A stretch of DNA of 64,000 nt. Origin: Gekko japonicus. Taxonomy: Eukaryota. Of the stretch, positions 38,076-50,340 are shown piece after piece. The stretch lies in contig NW_015167538.1 in NCBI RefSeq assembly GCF_001447785.1, forward strand, positions 740,511-804,510, in the 5' to 3' direction. A program made the translations under genes and the position numbers. How positions within the stretch are numbered: position 1 is the stretch's first letter; every line of letters begins with the position of its first letter. The notes below the pieces were generated by a model. It had not been told where the DNA came from, did no database searches, and saw only the letters and a program-made list of their open reading frames with translations.

Positions 38076-38294
38076 ACTGGCCACCCCCAGTCCATGCAGC
38101 ATAGCCAGATGTTTAGTGTCAGCCTATAGAAACCCAAGTTCAAATCCTCACCATTGGTAGGCACGGGAGTTTGGGCTAGTCATTCTCAGCCTGCTCTACC
38201 TTACAAGGTTGTTGTGAGGTGAAAATGGAAGACAGGAGAACCACAAGTGCCACTCTAAGGTCCTTGGAAAAAGGGCAAGACAAAAATGTGAGAT

Positions 38295-38456
38295 CTAGAC
38301 TGAGATCTCAGAAGCTAAGCAGGGTCAGTCCTGGTTAGTATTTGGATGGGAGACCACCAAGGAAGTCCAGGGTCATTATGCAAAGGCAGGTAATGGCAAA
38401 CCACCTCTGAACGTCTCTTTCCTTGAAAACCCTACTTGATGGCACTTTCCACCACC
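38295..38456 (+). mobile_element. 5S rRNA-derived SINE (SINE3) with RTE-like tail
   Basis: gatctcagaagctaagcagggtcagtcctggttagtatttggatgggagacc matches the 5S rRNA internal control region; other copies ~12575-12755, 20680-20775, 35905-36085, 36965-37165, 39285-39700, 42300-44630, 52930-53130. Confidence 0.85.
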
Positions 38457-40149
38457 AGAAGGATAGATATATGGGGGGGCTTGCCCCTCTGCCTGCAGGT
38501 ATATGAGAGAAGGAGAAGCTCTTTGCACAGGGCCCAGGAGACAGCCAGCACAGCTGACCTTTAAACAAACCATAATAATAACGCTTAGCATGTTTATAGT
38601 GCTTCTGGAGTGTTCAAAGCGCTTCACGTCCACTCTCTCTGGCCTCCTCACAACGCCTTTCTAAAAGAAGCAGGCGTGTAGCAGTTTGCAGGAGCTCAGG
38701 GCAGTATGCCTGGCTCTCCCTTCCTCGTGCTATCATCACAATAGCCCTGTGAGGTAGATCAATGGTTCCCAACATTTTGGTATGGTGACATCCATGTCCA
38801 TAGTCGCTTGGTATGGTGACCCACTTTAAAAAAAAGAGCATGCACAAAGCAACAAAACTGCTAAAACCTGGGATTCATAGGCTTCATGACCCAGTTTTAG
38901 GTCGGGACCCACAGGTTGGGACACACCGAGAGAGATAATGGGGGAAAGGAGAGCCATGTGTGCCACTCTAAACTCCTCAAACCAAAGGAAGCATAAACAC
39001 GCAATAGTGAGATTACATTCCTCTCTGCCCTGTCCTCCCTCTAACTGAACTCAGGTTTTGCAGCAGGACGTTATTTCCATTTCTAGATTGTCAGTTCTGC
39101 TGCTGTTTGGAGGACGCTCCCAGTGCAATCCTGTGCAGAGTTTTTCTCCAGTCTTAGCCGATTGACATGAATGGGTTTAGGCCGAAGTAATTCCGCACAG
39201 GGTTGCATTCTCTGTGCTCCGTCTGGTGCACGCTTACTCAGATGTCAGCCACACGGGGTTCAAAGAGACTTGGTGATGGTGAAGGAAAGTGCTGTCAAGT
39301 CACAGCCAGTGTTCCCTCTAAGCTGAGTTAGTGTGAGCTAGCTCACAGTTTTTTAGCCTCCGGCTCACAGATTTTTGTCTTAGCTCAGGAAGGAGGGCTT
39401 CAGAGCAAACTAATTCATGCAGCAGCCAAATCACTCGCTCACAACTTTAATGCCAGGAGCTCACCAAGTAGAATTTTTGCTCATAGGACTCCACAGCTTA
39501 GAGGGAGCCTTGGAGCTGACAGTGACCCTATAGAGTTGTCAAGGCAGGAAACATTCAGAGGTGGTTCGCCATTGCCTGCCTCCGCACAGCGGCCCTGGGC
39601 TTCCTTGGCGGTCTGGTCTCCCATCCATGTGCTAAGGAGCGCTAACCCTGCTCAGTTTCCAAGATCTAACGAGATCAGGCTTGCCTTGACCATCCAGGGT
39701 AGGACTCACAGAGACTTCGGCTCAGTTAAAAGGTGCATCAGACTGCAGCTTCAGCACACAGCCCATCTCTGGATTGTTACTGATGCTAATGAGGCTGTGG
39801 TTTTATGTTCCCGACCAGCAGAACATGGCTTCATCTGATAGTTCCCAGAGATGTAAGCACTCAGTCATGAATGAAATACCAGGCCAGGGTCACCCCAGAT
39901 CCTTCTCAAGCACCTGGCACAGAATCTAATTCAATTTAAATGAAGTAATTTTGAGCATGTCTGACATAAATTAGATTGTTTTGCTGCTTCCAGCTGACTT
40001 ACAGCAGCAGCACCCCCCCCACACACACACACACAGAAATAAGTTTCTGGCTTAGAAGCCTCTCTGGCTCCCTTTACGCAGACTGCATTGGCACGACCAT
40101 GACAAGAAAGGCATTCTGCACATGCTCCGGGTCTCTTGCCATTGCAATG

Positions 40150-40830
40150 ACGATTTTTGCCCTCTGCCAGCGCCGGCGTTGCTGGGTCGAAGCCGGTTTC
40201 TCAGGGCGATGCGTTGCACCCTCTCCCTCCTGCCCCAGCGCGGCCTCTGCGGGCCAACCCGGGCAAGGGCCTGGCCGCCTCGGGGGCTGGAGTACCAGGT
40301 GGTGCAGGCGGGAGGCTCGGCGACGGCATCGTAGCCGCGTCGAGGCAGCGGGGAAGCGGCGCCACAGAACCCCGTCGCCCTCCCAAGTACTCCGCCCGTC
40401 CTTCGAAGGGCGCGCGTCTCCCTCCCGCGGAGCGCACCAGGCCGATCCCGGCGGCTCCGGAGTCACTCCGGTTCCTGCCCATCCCCTTACCCTCGCCCAG
40501 CGTTTGGCGGAGCTCCTGGCCGCGGCTTCCTCCGCCGCGTCGCCGGCGAGGTTCCTCCGGCGCCGCCGGAATAGGACAGCCGACCGAGGCTGCGGACAGA
40601 CAGGCGGGTAGGGCGCTCATGTGATCGGCGGAAGGCAGGGCGGGCGGAAGGCAGGGCGGGCGGGGGAGCAGCCGGCCCCGCAGCCCGGGACGGAGAGCAG
40701 CGTCGGTAGCGCGCCTGGCCCAGTGGGGCATGTGCAAAGTGCGGAGCGTCTCCCGCTTGGGACATCTACGCCCAGTGCCCCCTCCCCCGGGCATGTGCAG
40801 AGTGCAGAAGTGCAGACTTCTGAGTGGGCC
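40150..40830 (-). promoter_or_regulatory. CpG island; probable internal SEPT4 promoter and first exon (donor at 40491/40490)
   Basis: Very high GC and CpG density, duplicated GC boxes (ggaaggcagggcgggc x2, 40630-40661), strong minus-strand donor gagg|gtaagg. Confidence 0.7.
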
Positions 40831-41019
40831 CGTGGCTTTACATTTCTGTAACTGAAAGTGTTCTTGGGCATGTGCAAAGCGCATACTGTATCCTCTGAGC
40901 CAAGCTGAGGTTCAGAAATAAGCAGTTAGTGCCTCGGGGCATGCACAGTATATATAGAACAGAGAGCACCTCTGGCCATGTTCAGAGTGTAGAATATAAA
41001 CCAGGAATAGCCACTGATG

Positions 41020-41236
41020 GAGCAGAGGTCCATCAGTGGCTATTAGCCACGAGGTATAGATAGGAACTCTCCCTCTGGAGCAAGTGATTCACTGTATTCT
41101 CGGTGCTTGGGGGGGCAACAGTGGGAGGGCTTCTAGTGTCCTGGCCCCACTGATGGACCTCCTGATGGCACCTGGTATTTTTGGCCACCGTGTGACAGAG
41201 TGTTGGACTGGATGGGCCATTGGCCTGATCCAGCAT
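41020..41236 (+). mobile_element. CR1 LINE 3' end
   Basis: Same 3' UTR as 21370-21598 and 23090-23352. Confidence 0.85.
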
Positions 41237-42456
41237 TGGCTTCTCTTATGTTCTTAGGAACCAACTTCACTAATCATCAGCAAACAGTACCTCTGAGCTT
41301 ATGCAGAATGCATCCGCTGAGGTGGCTCCCAATTTGTAAGGAAGGAGGAAGAGCCTTTGGCCTCTGCACAGTCCCCCAGATTCAGAAATCTCCACAACTG
41401 GGTGCCTCTAGGCATGTACAGAGTGTGGTGCTTCCTTTAAACCAGTTCCTGGTTTCAGAAGTATGATGAATAGTGTGGAAGGAGGCAAATGCTGTCCTAG
41501 GTATATGCAAAAGACTGCCCTTAAATCTGAACTCAGGGCTAGATACACACAACCATTCGTTTTTAGCAGTGCATCAGGTTGGTGGGTGCAGTGCTGCTAT
41601 TGTTTACTAATAATCCTTAGCACTTGCATAGTTCTTACACATATTTGTTGGGGGGTGGCTGTGGCAAAGTGGTAAAGCATCTGCTTGGCATGCAGATTAG
41701 GTCCCAGGTTCAATCTCCAGTTAAAGAGGTCTGGCAATAGGTGATATGAAAGACTTCTGCGTGAGACCCTGGAGAGCCGCTGCCAGTCCAAGCAGACAAT
41801 CCTGATTTTGATGGACCAAACGTCTGATTCAGTATAAGGCAGTTTCATGTGTTCATATATTTCACAGGCATTATCTCTTAGTCCTTCTTACAACAGGCCT
41901 GGAAGGCAAGCTAGTATTATTGCAGATAAGTAGGGGGCTGGCTCTCAGTGGTTAGAGTGTGTAGTGGCAGAGGCAAAATTTAAATCACAGACTTCCTAAG
42001 GCATGGATAAAACCCTGAGCCACTGAGCTGTAACAGCTCAGAAACAATGGTGTATAAAGGGGGTGGGATTACCGGCTGTAGGCACTGCCAGCATGAATTA
42101 TAAATGGACCATTTTTATATGGACCCAGGAATCCTACAATGCTCTGTTCATGTGTGTGTGTGTGTGTTCTGATGTGCATGTTTAGTTTTAATTCTTAAAT
42201 TGTTTATGTTTGTCTATTTATGTTGTAATCCACTCTGAGCCCCATGATTGGGGGGGGGGGGACAACGGAATTGAAACGGAACAAAAAATAAATAATAAAG
42301 GTATCAAGTTGCAGCCAGATAGTGGCAACCCCTCATGGGGTTTCCAAGTCCAGAGATTAACAGAGGTGGTTTGCCATTGCCTTCTAACGCTATAGCAATC
42401 CTGGTCTTCCTTGGTGGTCTCCCATCCAAGTACCAACCAGGACCAATCCCACTTAG

Positions 42457-44573
42457 GTATAATTAACTCATTGGCTTCAGGGAAGTCACCTGGGGAAGAC
42501 CTGATTCCGTCAGACTTTTACAAAGCTTTTCCCACATGGTGGTCATCCGTGCTAGCTACGGTTTTCACACAAATTAATGGCACTGGTTTAATCCCTCCTG
42601 GTTGGAAGTTAAGTATTATTGTCCCCATTCACAAGAAAGGGGACAAAACAGACCCACGGAACTACAGACCAATAAGCCTGATAGATATAGCAGCTAAGGT
42701 TTATAGTAAATACCTGTTGTTCAAGTTGGATGCCTGGGTCTTTGAGAATCACATCATCCACCCCCATCAAGCAGGGTTTAGGAAAGGTCTTTCTACAATT
42801 GATCACTGCCTTACTCTTCACCAGCTGGCTTATGCAAGCTTAAATGGTCCCACTAAGTCTTTATACGTAACATTTGTAGACTTGGCTGCGGCGTTTGATT
42901 CCATCGATAGGAATAGCCTTTGGCAAAAATTGGCAGATCTGAATATTGATAAGCGGTTGTTATTCTTATTACGTGAACTACACACAGATATTAGTGCCCA
43001 GATTAGAGTGGGAACATCGGGGTCTCTAACTAACAAAATTCCAATCCATAAAGGAGTGAAACAGGGGTGTGTGCTGGCCCCTTTATTGTTTAACTTGTAT
43101 ATAAACAAAATTGTTGACAGGCTATCAGGTCCGCAATTCTTCCCACCTACCCTTGGGAAGCATAAAATTTCAATTTTACTTTATGCGGATGATATGGCCC
43201 TAATATCACTTACAAAAATCGGGATGAGAAGATTATTGCAGCAATTGGGAATGTACTGTAAGGAAGAGACCCTTAACATTAACTTTGATAAAACCAAAGT
43301 GATGGTCTTTAGAAAAAGAGCTCAAATTTCCTCCTGGAGCATTCTTGGCAATTCAATAAATCAGAGTAGTACCTTTAAGTATTTAGGGATTACATTTAGA
43401 GAGAATCTGAACTGGAACGCTCATATAGCCATAGTAAAAGCATCTGCGACGAGGATTGTGGGATCCATTTTGAAGTTCTATTATACCAAGGGAGGTTTTC
43501 TTATTGATCCTGTTATAAAATTATTTAAAAGTAAGGTCATTCCCCACCTCTTGTATGGTGCCGAGGTTTGGGGATGGAAAGAGGATATACTCACTAGTAT
43601 TGAAACAATCCAAAATCAGTTTTTAAGGCGCATCCTGGCTCTTCCTAAGGGAACACCAGTTGCCCTGATGAGAGCAGAAACTGGTCTGCCTTCTCTAAGG
43701 GCGAGGGTGTATCTTGCGATTCTAAAATCTTGGAAGAAAATCAGAGCTGCTAGCACTGATTCGTTCAGCCAACTGGCCTTTAATTCAATGCTATCTAAAG
43801 ACTTAGATCGTTCTTGCTTCCTCAATAACCTACTACTAAGATATTCCATTCCTGACGACCTCCTTAGCTCCTCAACAAATAACTTAGATCTCAGAGAATG
43901 GGTATTTAAGCATGATGCTCTGCTAGATAGACACTTCATTTTAAAAACACAGTCTGCTACCTGGTTTAAATCATTTAAGAATGATCATTTTAGATCACCT
44001 TATCTGGTTAATATAGATAATCATAACCTTAGAGCAGCTTTTACATCTTTGCGCTTTGAATCAATGCCTACGGCCGTGTTGGTCGGCCGTTACAACAGAA
44101 CACCCAAGGCACAGCGTTTATGTATTTGTGGCTCTTCTGCTGTTGAGGATCTCTCCCATTACATTTTTAATTGCTCATTGTACTCCCAGCCTAGGTCAAA
44201 ATTTTTATCTGGTATTTTATCAGTTTTAAGCTTTTATTCAGTCTCAGAGAAGATTATATTTTTGCTAGCCGATGCCAATGCTGATGTATCCCATAGAATG
44301 GCTTTATTTGCCTTGGCTGCAAGGAAAATACGGGCCAACGCTGCTCCTAGCTAATACTGATTTTAGTGGGTATGTTGTGAATTAATTAACTGTTCATAAC
44401 CTCGGTTTTAATTGTTCATAACCTCGGTTTTAACTGTTCATAACCTCGGTTTTATGGATTTATAATGTTGGACTGTATCTTATTTTATACAATTTTTGTG
44501 TTTTATTGTGCTCTTCTCTGTCTGTGGTTTGTAATGGCCTATGGCTAAATACAATAAAATCTTCTCTCTCTCT
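42457..44573 (+). mobile_element. 5'-truncated non-LTR retrotransposon (RTEX-like) with uninterrupted RT + CCHC ORF to 44354
   Basis: NYRPISL, QAGFR, FVDLAAAFDSI, GVKQGCVLAPLLF, YADD, YLG, LYGAEVWG, CxC...EDLSHYIFNC; aataaa then (ct)n tail; 7-bp TSD cacttag inside a 5S-SINE. Confidence 0.9.
44386..44453 (+). repeat. 22-bp tandem repeat x3 in the LINE 3' UTR
   Basis: taactgttcataacctcggttt repeated three times (one mismatch). Confidence 0.95.
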
Positions 44574-46395
44574 CACTTAGCAGCCAATCTCTGACAAGAT
44601 TGGGTTAGCCAGGGCTAACCAGGTCAGAGTATTCTACTAGGAGATTGAAGTTTTTTGCATTTTACTCTCTCTGTGCATCCTAAACTAAGTAGTTGGTAGG
44701 TATATGTCTTGCTGGGAAAGCCAATAATTAAAGGAGCAACTTCAGAGCCAGAAAAGAAGTGTCCCTATAACTGAGCTGCCATAGTCTGTTTTACAAAATT
44801 CTGGCCACCTGGCATCTCAAGTCTAGCAAATTATCATGACCTGCAAATAGACTGGGGTCTTACAAAGCTTGCTGACTAGCTTGAGATGTTTTGCAGACTC
44901 ATCTCCCTTGAACTGCAAGGGAAACAGGAAAGGCCAGTGCAAGAGGTGAAACAGAGAGATTGGAAAGGCAGGCGAGAGATGGCCTTCGAACTTGTGTGTC
45001 TCCCACCCGTAGAAATCCCAGATGAGGAGCAGGGAAGATTTCCTTGGGGGGGGGGGGGCGGTGTGTGGATGTCTAAATCTGTACTGTGTCCAGTGAATCT
45101 CAGGATTACTGAGGATTAGCCTCTGAGACCTTCCAAGAGACTGTATGCATTTTTCTGTGCCCTGCAGCAACAGTACCCAAGCATGCATCCTCTCTGGAAT
45201 ACCAAGGAAAACCCAGGATCAAGATATGACAGGAGGCAAGCACTGGGGTGGGGGGAGGGGCAAAGTGACCACAGTTTTGCATTGTTAATGCATGCGGACT
45301 TGGGAGATGTGACAGAGGAGAGAGATGCCCTTGCTTGGCATGGTCAGTCCAAGAATCTTTTGGTAGCTGAAGCAGCACCCCTGGTGAATGAACACAGGCT
45401 CCCCAGAAGGTCATCTTGTCCAGACCCCACACTGAAAGGATTAGGTCCTTCATGCTGTCCTCCCAAGCAAGGCCTAGGAGCCCAGGAGTTGGCTGTGTGA
45501 AGAGGCAGAGCGGGTTGGCATCTGCTGGGGATGCATCCTGCATTGAACCCATGGCCAATCCGTGGTGTTCTGTTGCTCTGTGCAAGATACACCCCCACCC
45601 CCCTCTTGCACTATCCCCAGCCACAATTCAGCCATCATCCCTGAATGCAAAGCCTGCATGGGGTAGTGGTTAGATTAGGATCTGGGAGACCCAGGTTCAA
45701 ATCCCCACTCTGCCCTGGAAGCTGACTGAGTGACCTTTGGCCCATTATTCTCTTTCAGCCTAAACGACCTCACAGTGGGGTTGTTATGGGGATAAAATGG
45801 AGGAGGATGAGGATGATGTTATAAGCAGCTTTGGAATCCCCATTGGACCCAAATAAATAAGAATTAAAAATCCCGCCTAGGGACAATATTGGCCCAGGAA
45901 GGGGGCCAGTCTTATGCTGCTGATGGCTGACAGCCAGCTGTGCTCCCTCCTCAATGGGCTGCCCCAGCAGCTGCTTGGGAGGGCTGGCTGGAGAGCCGGG
46001 CCTTGCTGAATGTGCCCAAGTGGGAGTCGGGTTGATGGCTTGCTCCTAAGAGGTTGTACAACTGGCAGAGGCCCTTGGGTGGTACACGGCCTGGCCCAGG
46101 TTGCTTGCAAGAGATGCCTCTGCTGGCAAGGTGGAGAGGGAGCAGGCAACTGGGGATGTTTGTCAAGAAAACATCAGAAGCCCACGTGGGATCAGAGCAG
46201 CAAATGGCAAAGGAAAGAGGTGAATCCTCATTGTGAATCCTCGTTGTGAATTAATATATTAATTAGAAACATTAGCAGCCATTCTACCATATGGGACTCA
46301 AGGAAACTTAAAAATAAATAAAACAACAATGATAAAAGTATATAAAACAGCACACTTTAAAATCTCAGTTAGGACTGCCAATGAATAAAAAGTAA

Positions 46396-46839
46396 GGCCC
46401 CGGTCACACCACAGGAAAAGCCGGGGCAGAAGTGCGGCTTTTTAGAGCCGCAGCAAAAGAGAAGCGCGGCAGCGGAATCAGACAGATACCCTGAGCCGCC
46501 GCACATATGCTCCCCAGCGTGATCAGATGCGAGGGGGAAGCCACGGACGGGAGAGTGAGGCGAGACAGCTACACATGTATGCGCCTGCGCAGTTCGCCAG
46601 GGGGCCTCGCATGCTGCAGGAGACGGATGCGTCAGCGATCACACGGCCGCCTGTGCCATAGATTTTCCGGTAGGTAGTAGTGTTTTGTGGGTTTATTTTA
46701 ACTCCGCATCTTCGGTCGGAAGAGACAGATTGGGGACGGGTGCGTGCCACTTCCCAGATGTTGCGGTGTGATCGCACCCGCTTGATGTGCTCCCAATCCG
46801 TCCCTCTTGCGGATCAAATCCTCCCGTGTGACCGGGGCC
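46396..46839. mobile_element. PIF/Harbinger-type MITE
   Basis: 14-bp perfect TIR ggccccggtcacac / gtgtgaccggggcc, 3-bp TSD TAA, CpG-rich. Confidence 0.88.
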
Positions 46840-47959
46840 TAAATTAGTCAAATGCAGTACCAAATAAAACGGTCTTCAGCTGCCTCCTGGAGACTGAAAG
46901 TAAGGGGTCCAGGCACACCTCCTTGGGGAGGATGTTCCGTACTCCTGGGGCTATATTAGAATATATAAAACTGCAGAAGAATAGCCCCCTTGGATCAGAT
47001 TTACAGCCCAGCATCCTGTTCCCAACAGGGGCCAGCCAGATGGAATTCTAGGAGCACAGAGGCAGAGCATGAAGAAGACGGTGGCTCTCTGTTTACAGCA
47101 GCTGCTACCTCTCAGAGGCGGACTGCCTCTGGCCATGGATGTTCCGTTGAGCTATTAGCTGCACAAGACTAATTCCGCCACAGATTCATATTTTTAAACC
47201 ATCTATACCAGTGGCCATCGTGCACTTAATTCCAAGAGCGCCAGAGTGTCCTTTCCCTTGCCTTTTTCCTCCCCAGCGTCCACCTTAGCCTCTTCCAGAA
47301 CCAGTACAGGATGCCAGAAAGAAGCCCAATTGGGAGGGGGAATGGCTTGCGGAAAAGTCACAGGAGGGGAAAAGCAGCTAGAGAAGCATTCTTCCCTGTT
47401 GCTTTTTCCTTGGAAGTTAACTCCCCCCCCCTCCAATTTGTGCATTTCTGTAATATTGCAAAAATAAGTTTGGGGAGCCCATGTCAGCCAGCGTCAGATC
47501 ATTCTAGCCCACAGACGGGGCTTCCCTTTCTCTTTGTAGCTGCCCGCACAAGAGAGTTTTTCCTCCCATCGCTACGCTGAACAGCAAGGGTGGGGGGGAC
47601 TGTCTTAGAATCCACAGGCAGACTCTGCATTTTAAAGATTAGGCTGGGCTGGGAGGACTCAGGCAGGACGATTCTCAAGCTGCAGCTTCCTGGGAAGGGG
47701 GAGGCTGTGGCCAGAAGCTACCAACAGAGAGCTATAATTATCCTTGGAGGCCACGTTTATTTTGGGAAGAGTCTGGCCCGATTCCCAAGGTTATTTTTTC
47801 CCCATCGTAGTCTAAATCAAGATGGGGTAGCCTGGCCCTAGCTGTAGTGCAGATTGCAGGTCAGAAGATTTCTTACTCACCACTCCGGGTGGCTGGGGAT
47901 TGCCCCTTCTGGTTTTTTCTTTGAACCTTAGGTTTCACTGGCCACGTCCCAGTAATTTT

Positions 47960-48425
47960 GCCTGAAATGTAGAAGGGGCCATACATAGACGCCATCTAGT
48001 TCAACTCCCTGATCAATTCAGGATCAGCCTCAAGCATCCCTGACAAGTGTTTGCCCAGCTGCTGCTTGAAGACTGTCCGTGAGGGGGAGCTCAGCACCTC
48101 CCTAGGCAGCCCATTCCACTGCTGAACTACTCTGACTGTATATACGTTTTTCCTAATATTCAGCCAGTATCTTTCTGCCCATAATTTAAACCCATTATTG
48201 CAAGTCCTATCCTCTGCTGCCCACAGGAACAGCTCCCTACCCTCCTCTAGGTGATAGCCTTTCAAATGCTTAAAGAGAGCAAACATGTCTCCCTTCAACC
48301 TCCCCTTCTTCAGACTGAACATTCCCAGTTCCCTCAGTCTTTCCTTGTAGGGCTTGGTCTCCAGGCCCCTGATCGTCCTCATCACTTTCCTCTGTACCCG
48401 CTCCATTACGTCCGCACCCTTTTTG
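47960..48425 (-). mobile_element. CR1 LINE 3' fragment
   Basis: ERVQRKVMRTIRGLETKPYKERLRELGMFSLKKGRLKGDM. Confidence 0.9.
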
Positions 48426-48869
48426 AATATTTATTTCTACAAAAAGCCTTCCTTTCTCAACAGCATTCAAAGCGGATTACAAGCACAATAGAACTGTTCA
48501 GTCGATCAGTAAGCCAATTACGAAACAGCCTGACATTTGAATGATAGCAACTTTTGAATCTACCAGCAAAGATTCCTAGTAAAATAAAGCTATTTGGTCA
48601 CTCAGCACGCAAATTACAAAATATGATAGCTTCTCCTGCTTAGAGAGAAGTAGTTGGGGGCGCACAGAATAAGGATGCAGCCATTTTTTAGGATTTTTTA
48701 AAAGCTTTGCTGATGGAGAAACCGTGAACAAAATGGGGGGAAGAACCTTGTTTAGGGTTACCATCCTCCAGATGGTAACTGGAGATTTCCTACTATTACA
48801 ATTGATATCCAGATGACCAAGATCAGTCCCCTTGCAGAAAATGGCTGCTATGGAGGGTGGACTCTATGG

Positions 48870-49290
48870 CAGGGGCGTCGAACTCATTTGTTATGAGGGC
48901 CGGATCTGACAGAAATGAGACCTTGTTGGACCGGGCCATGTGTGTCATAAAACGTAATGCCGGGTAGTAAAGATATAAACTTTATAAAGGACACAAACAC
49001 AAAGGGTTTTTAAAATTAAAATAAATGCTTAAAACATTAGCCCTCTTGCAGCATTTTGTTTATTTGTGTCTGATAACTGATACCTCTTGCTCTGAATTAT
49101 TGCATCAAAATATCTGTGCTGTTACACTCTTGGGTATGCTGTTCAGGTGTGTATCTGTAAGCTGCAAACCTGCGATGACGCAGCAGCAGCAGAACTGGAA
49201 GAAGGAGAAGACAGCCAGTTCCACTGCGGGCCTGATAGAAGCCCTCCGGGGGCCTGATCTGGCCCCCGGGCCACATGTTTGACACCCCTG
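48870..49290. mobile_element. hAT MITE nested in a tagggttgcca/tggcaacccta-family MITE (~48752-49398)
   Basis: TIR caggggcgtcgaac / gtttgacacccctg; perfect 8-bp TSD ctctatgg; host family also at ~22423-22625, 24110-24451, 53766-53952. Confidence 0.85.
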
Positions 49291-49997
49291 CTCTATGGCA
49301 TTATGCCCTGCTGAGGCCCCTTCTCTCCCCAAACCCCACCTCCCTGGGCTCCACCCCTAAAAATTCCAATATTTCTCATCCCAGAGCTGACAACCCTATC
49401 GTACAAAAGATTTCCTCTTTGAGAATAATTAGTGAAATGCTTTTGAGTGCATAGTCTTAAAATGTTTGGGCTGCTCTTTGCCTCCCCCCCCGCCACAATG
49501 ATTACTAATAGCTCATTAAAGCCATCTCCAGCATTAGGTAACTGCAATTCTGCCTCAGTGGCCCTGATGGGGCAGAAAGGCAAGATACAAATTCTGTAAA
49601 TAAATAGACAAATTCCTGTGAACCAGGGTAGGTAATCCCTGGCACTTGTGCCAGACAATAGCGCACCAAAGCACTTTGTTTAGCACACCAGGACCTGATC
49701 TCCACCCAAACAACTGAATTCACACATTACAGCTGCCATGGGTTCCATGCTTGAAACTTAATTCCCAGGCGCATACAGGCCCAATTCAGGTTAGAGCTGT
49801 GGCCAAGAAAGGATGACGGCATGTGCCGGGGGGGGGGTGCCCCATCACTGCTACCATTGCCACTGTCTAGTAGAGGAGCAGGCAGACAAATGAGCAAAGC
49901 AGCATCTACATGACAAAGCAGCCCTCCCTTGCTTACCCGCCTGTCAGACTGTCTCTGAGTGCTACAGGTACCCAGAGGAGGCAAATGAGAATGATTA

Positions 49998-50107
49998 CTT
50001 GAAGAAGTGAGCAGTGACTTACGAAAGCTCATACCCTGCCACAATTTGTGTTAGGCTCTAAGGTGCTACTGGACTCTACTGCCACAGACAGATTAACATG
50101 ACTACCA
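49998..50107 (+). mobile_element. Penelope-type terminal repeat remnant with a degenerate minimal hammerhead motif
   Basis: ttgaaga-a-gtgag-cagtga-cttac-gaaa-gctc followed by ...ttaggctctaaggtgctactggactc, resembling reptile Penelope termini. Confidence 0.6.
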
Positions 50108-50340
50108 ATCTTGATCTACTTGAAACTCCATTGGTGCACTCAGGGGTAACTAACTGCACTCTGCTACAACTCAACAAGAAGGGGAAGAAAGTCCCCAAAC
50201 GGATCCCCAGGGAAACAGGAAAGTGTGGCTCTTTCCTGATCTGTTAGTAGTACCAGTGATAATAAAACCTACCACATATGGATTACCAATTGGCTGGTTC
50301 TTCACAATCAAGACTATTTTTTCACTAGATGCCAGACCAG

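Noticed and set aside
38300-38370. Apparent 5S rRNA gene
   Set aside because: Partial, diverged and fused to a SINE body; multiple dispersed copies.
39976-40884. Long overlapping ORFs (211, 155, 227 aa) in the CpG island
   Set aside because: Expected stop-poor frames in GC-rich DNA; no recognisable protein similarity.
44386-44453. Short direct repeats that might suggest CRISPR-like arrays (also 22725-22760, 54120-54160, 62652-62702)
   Set aside because: Two or three adjacent copies without unique regular spacers, in eukaryotic DNA; ordinary tandem duplications.
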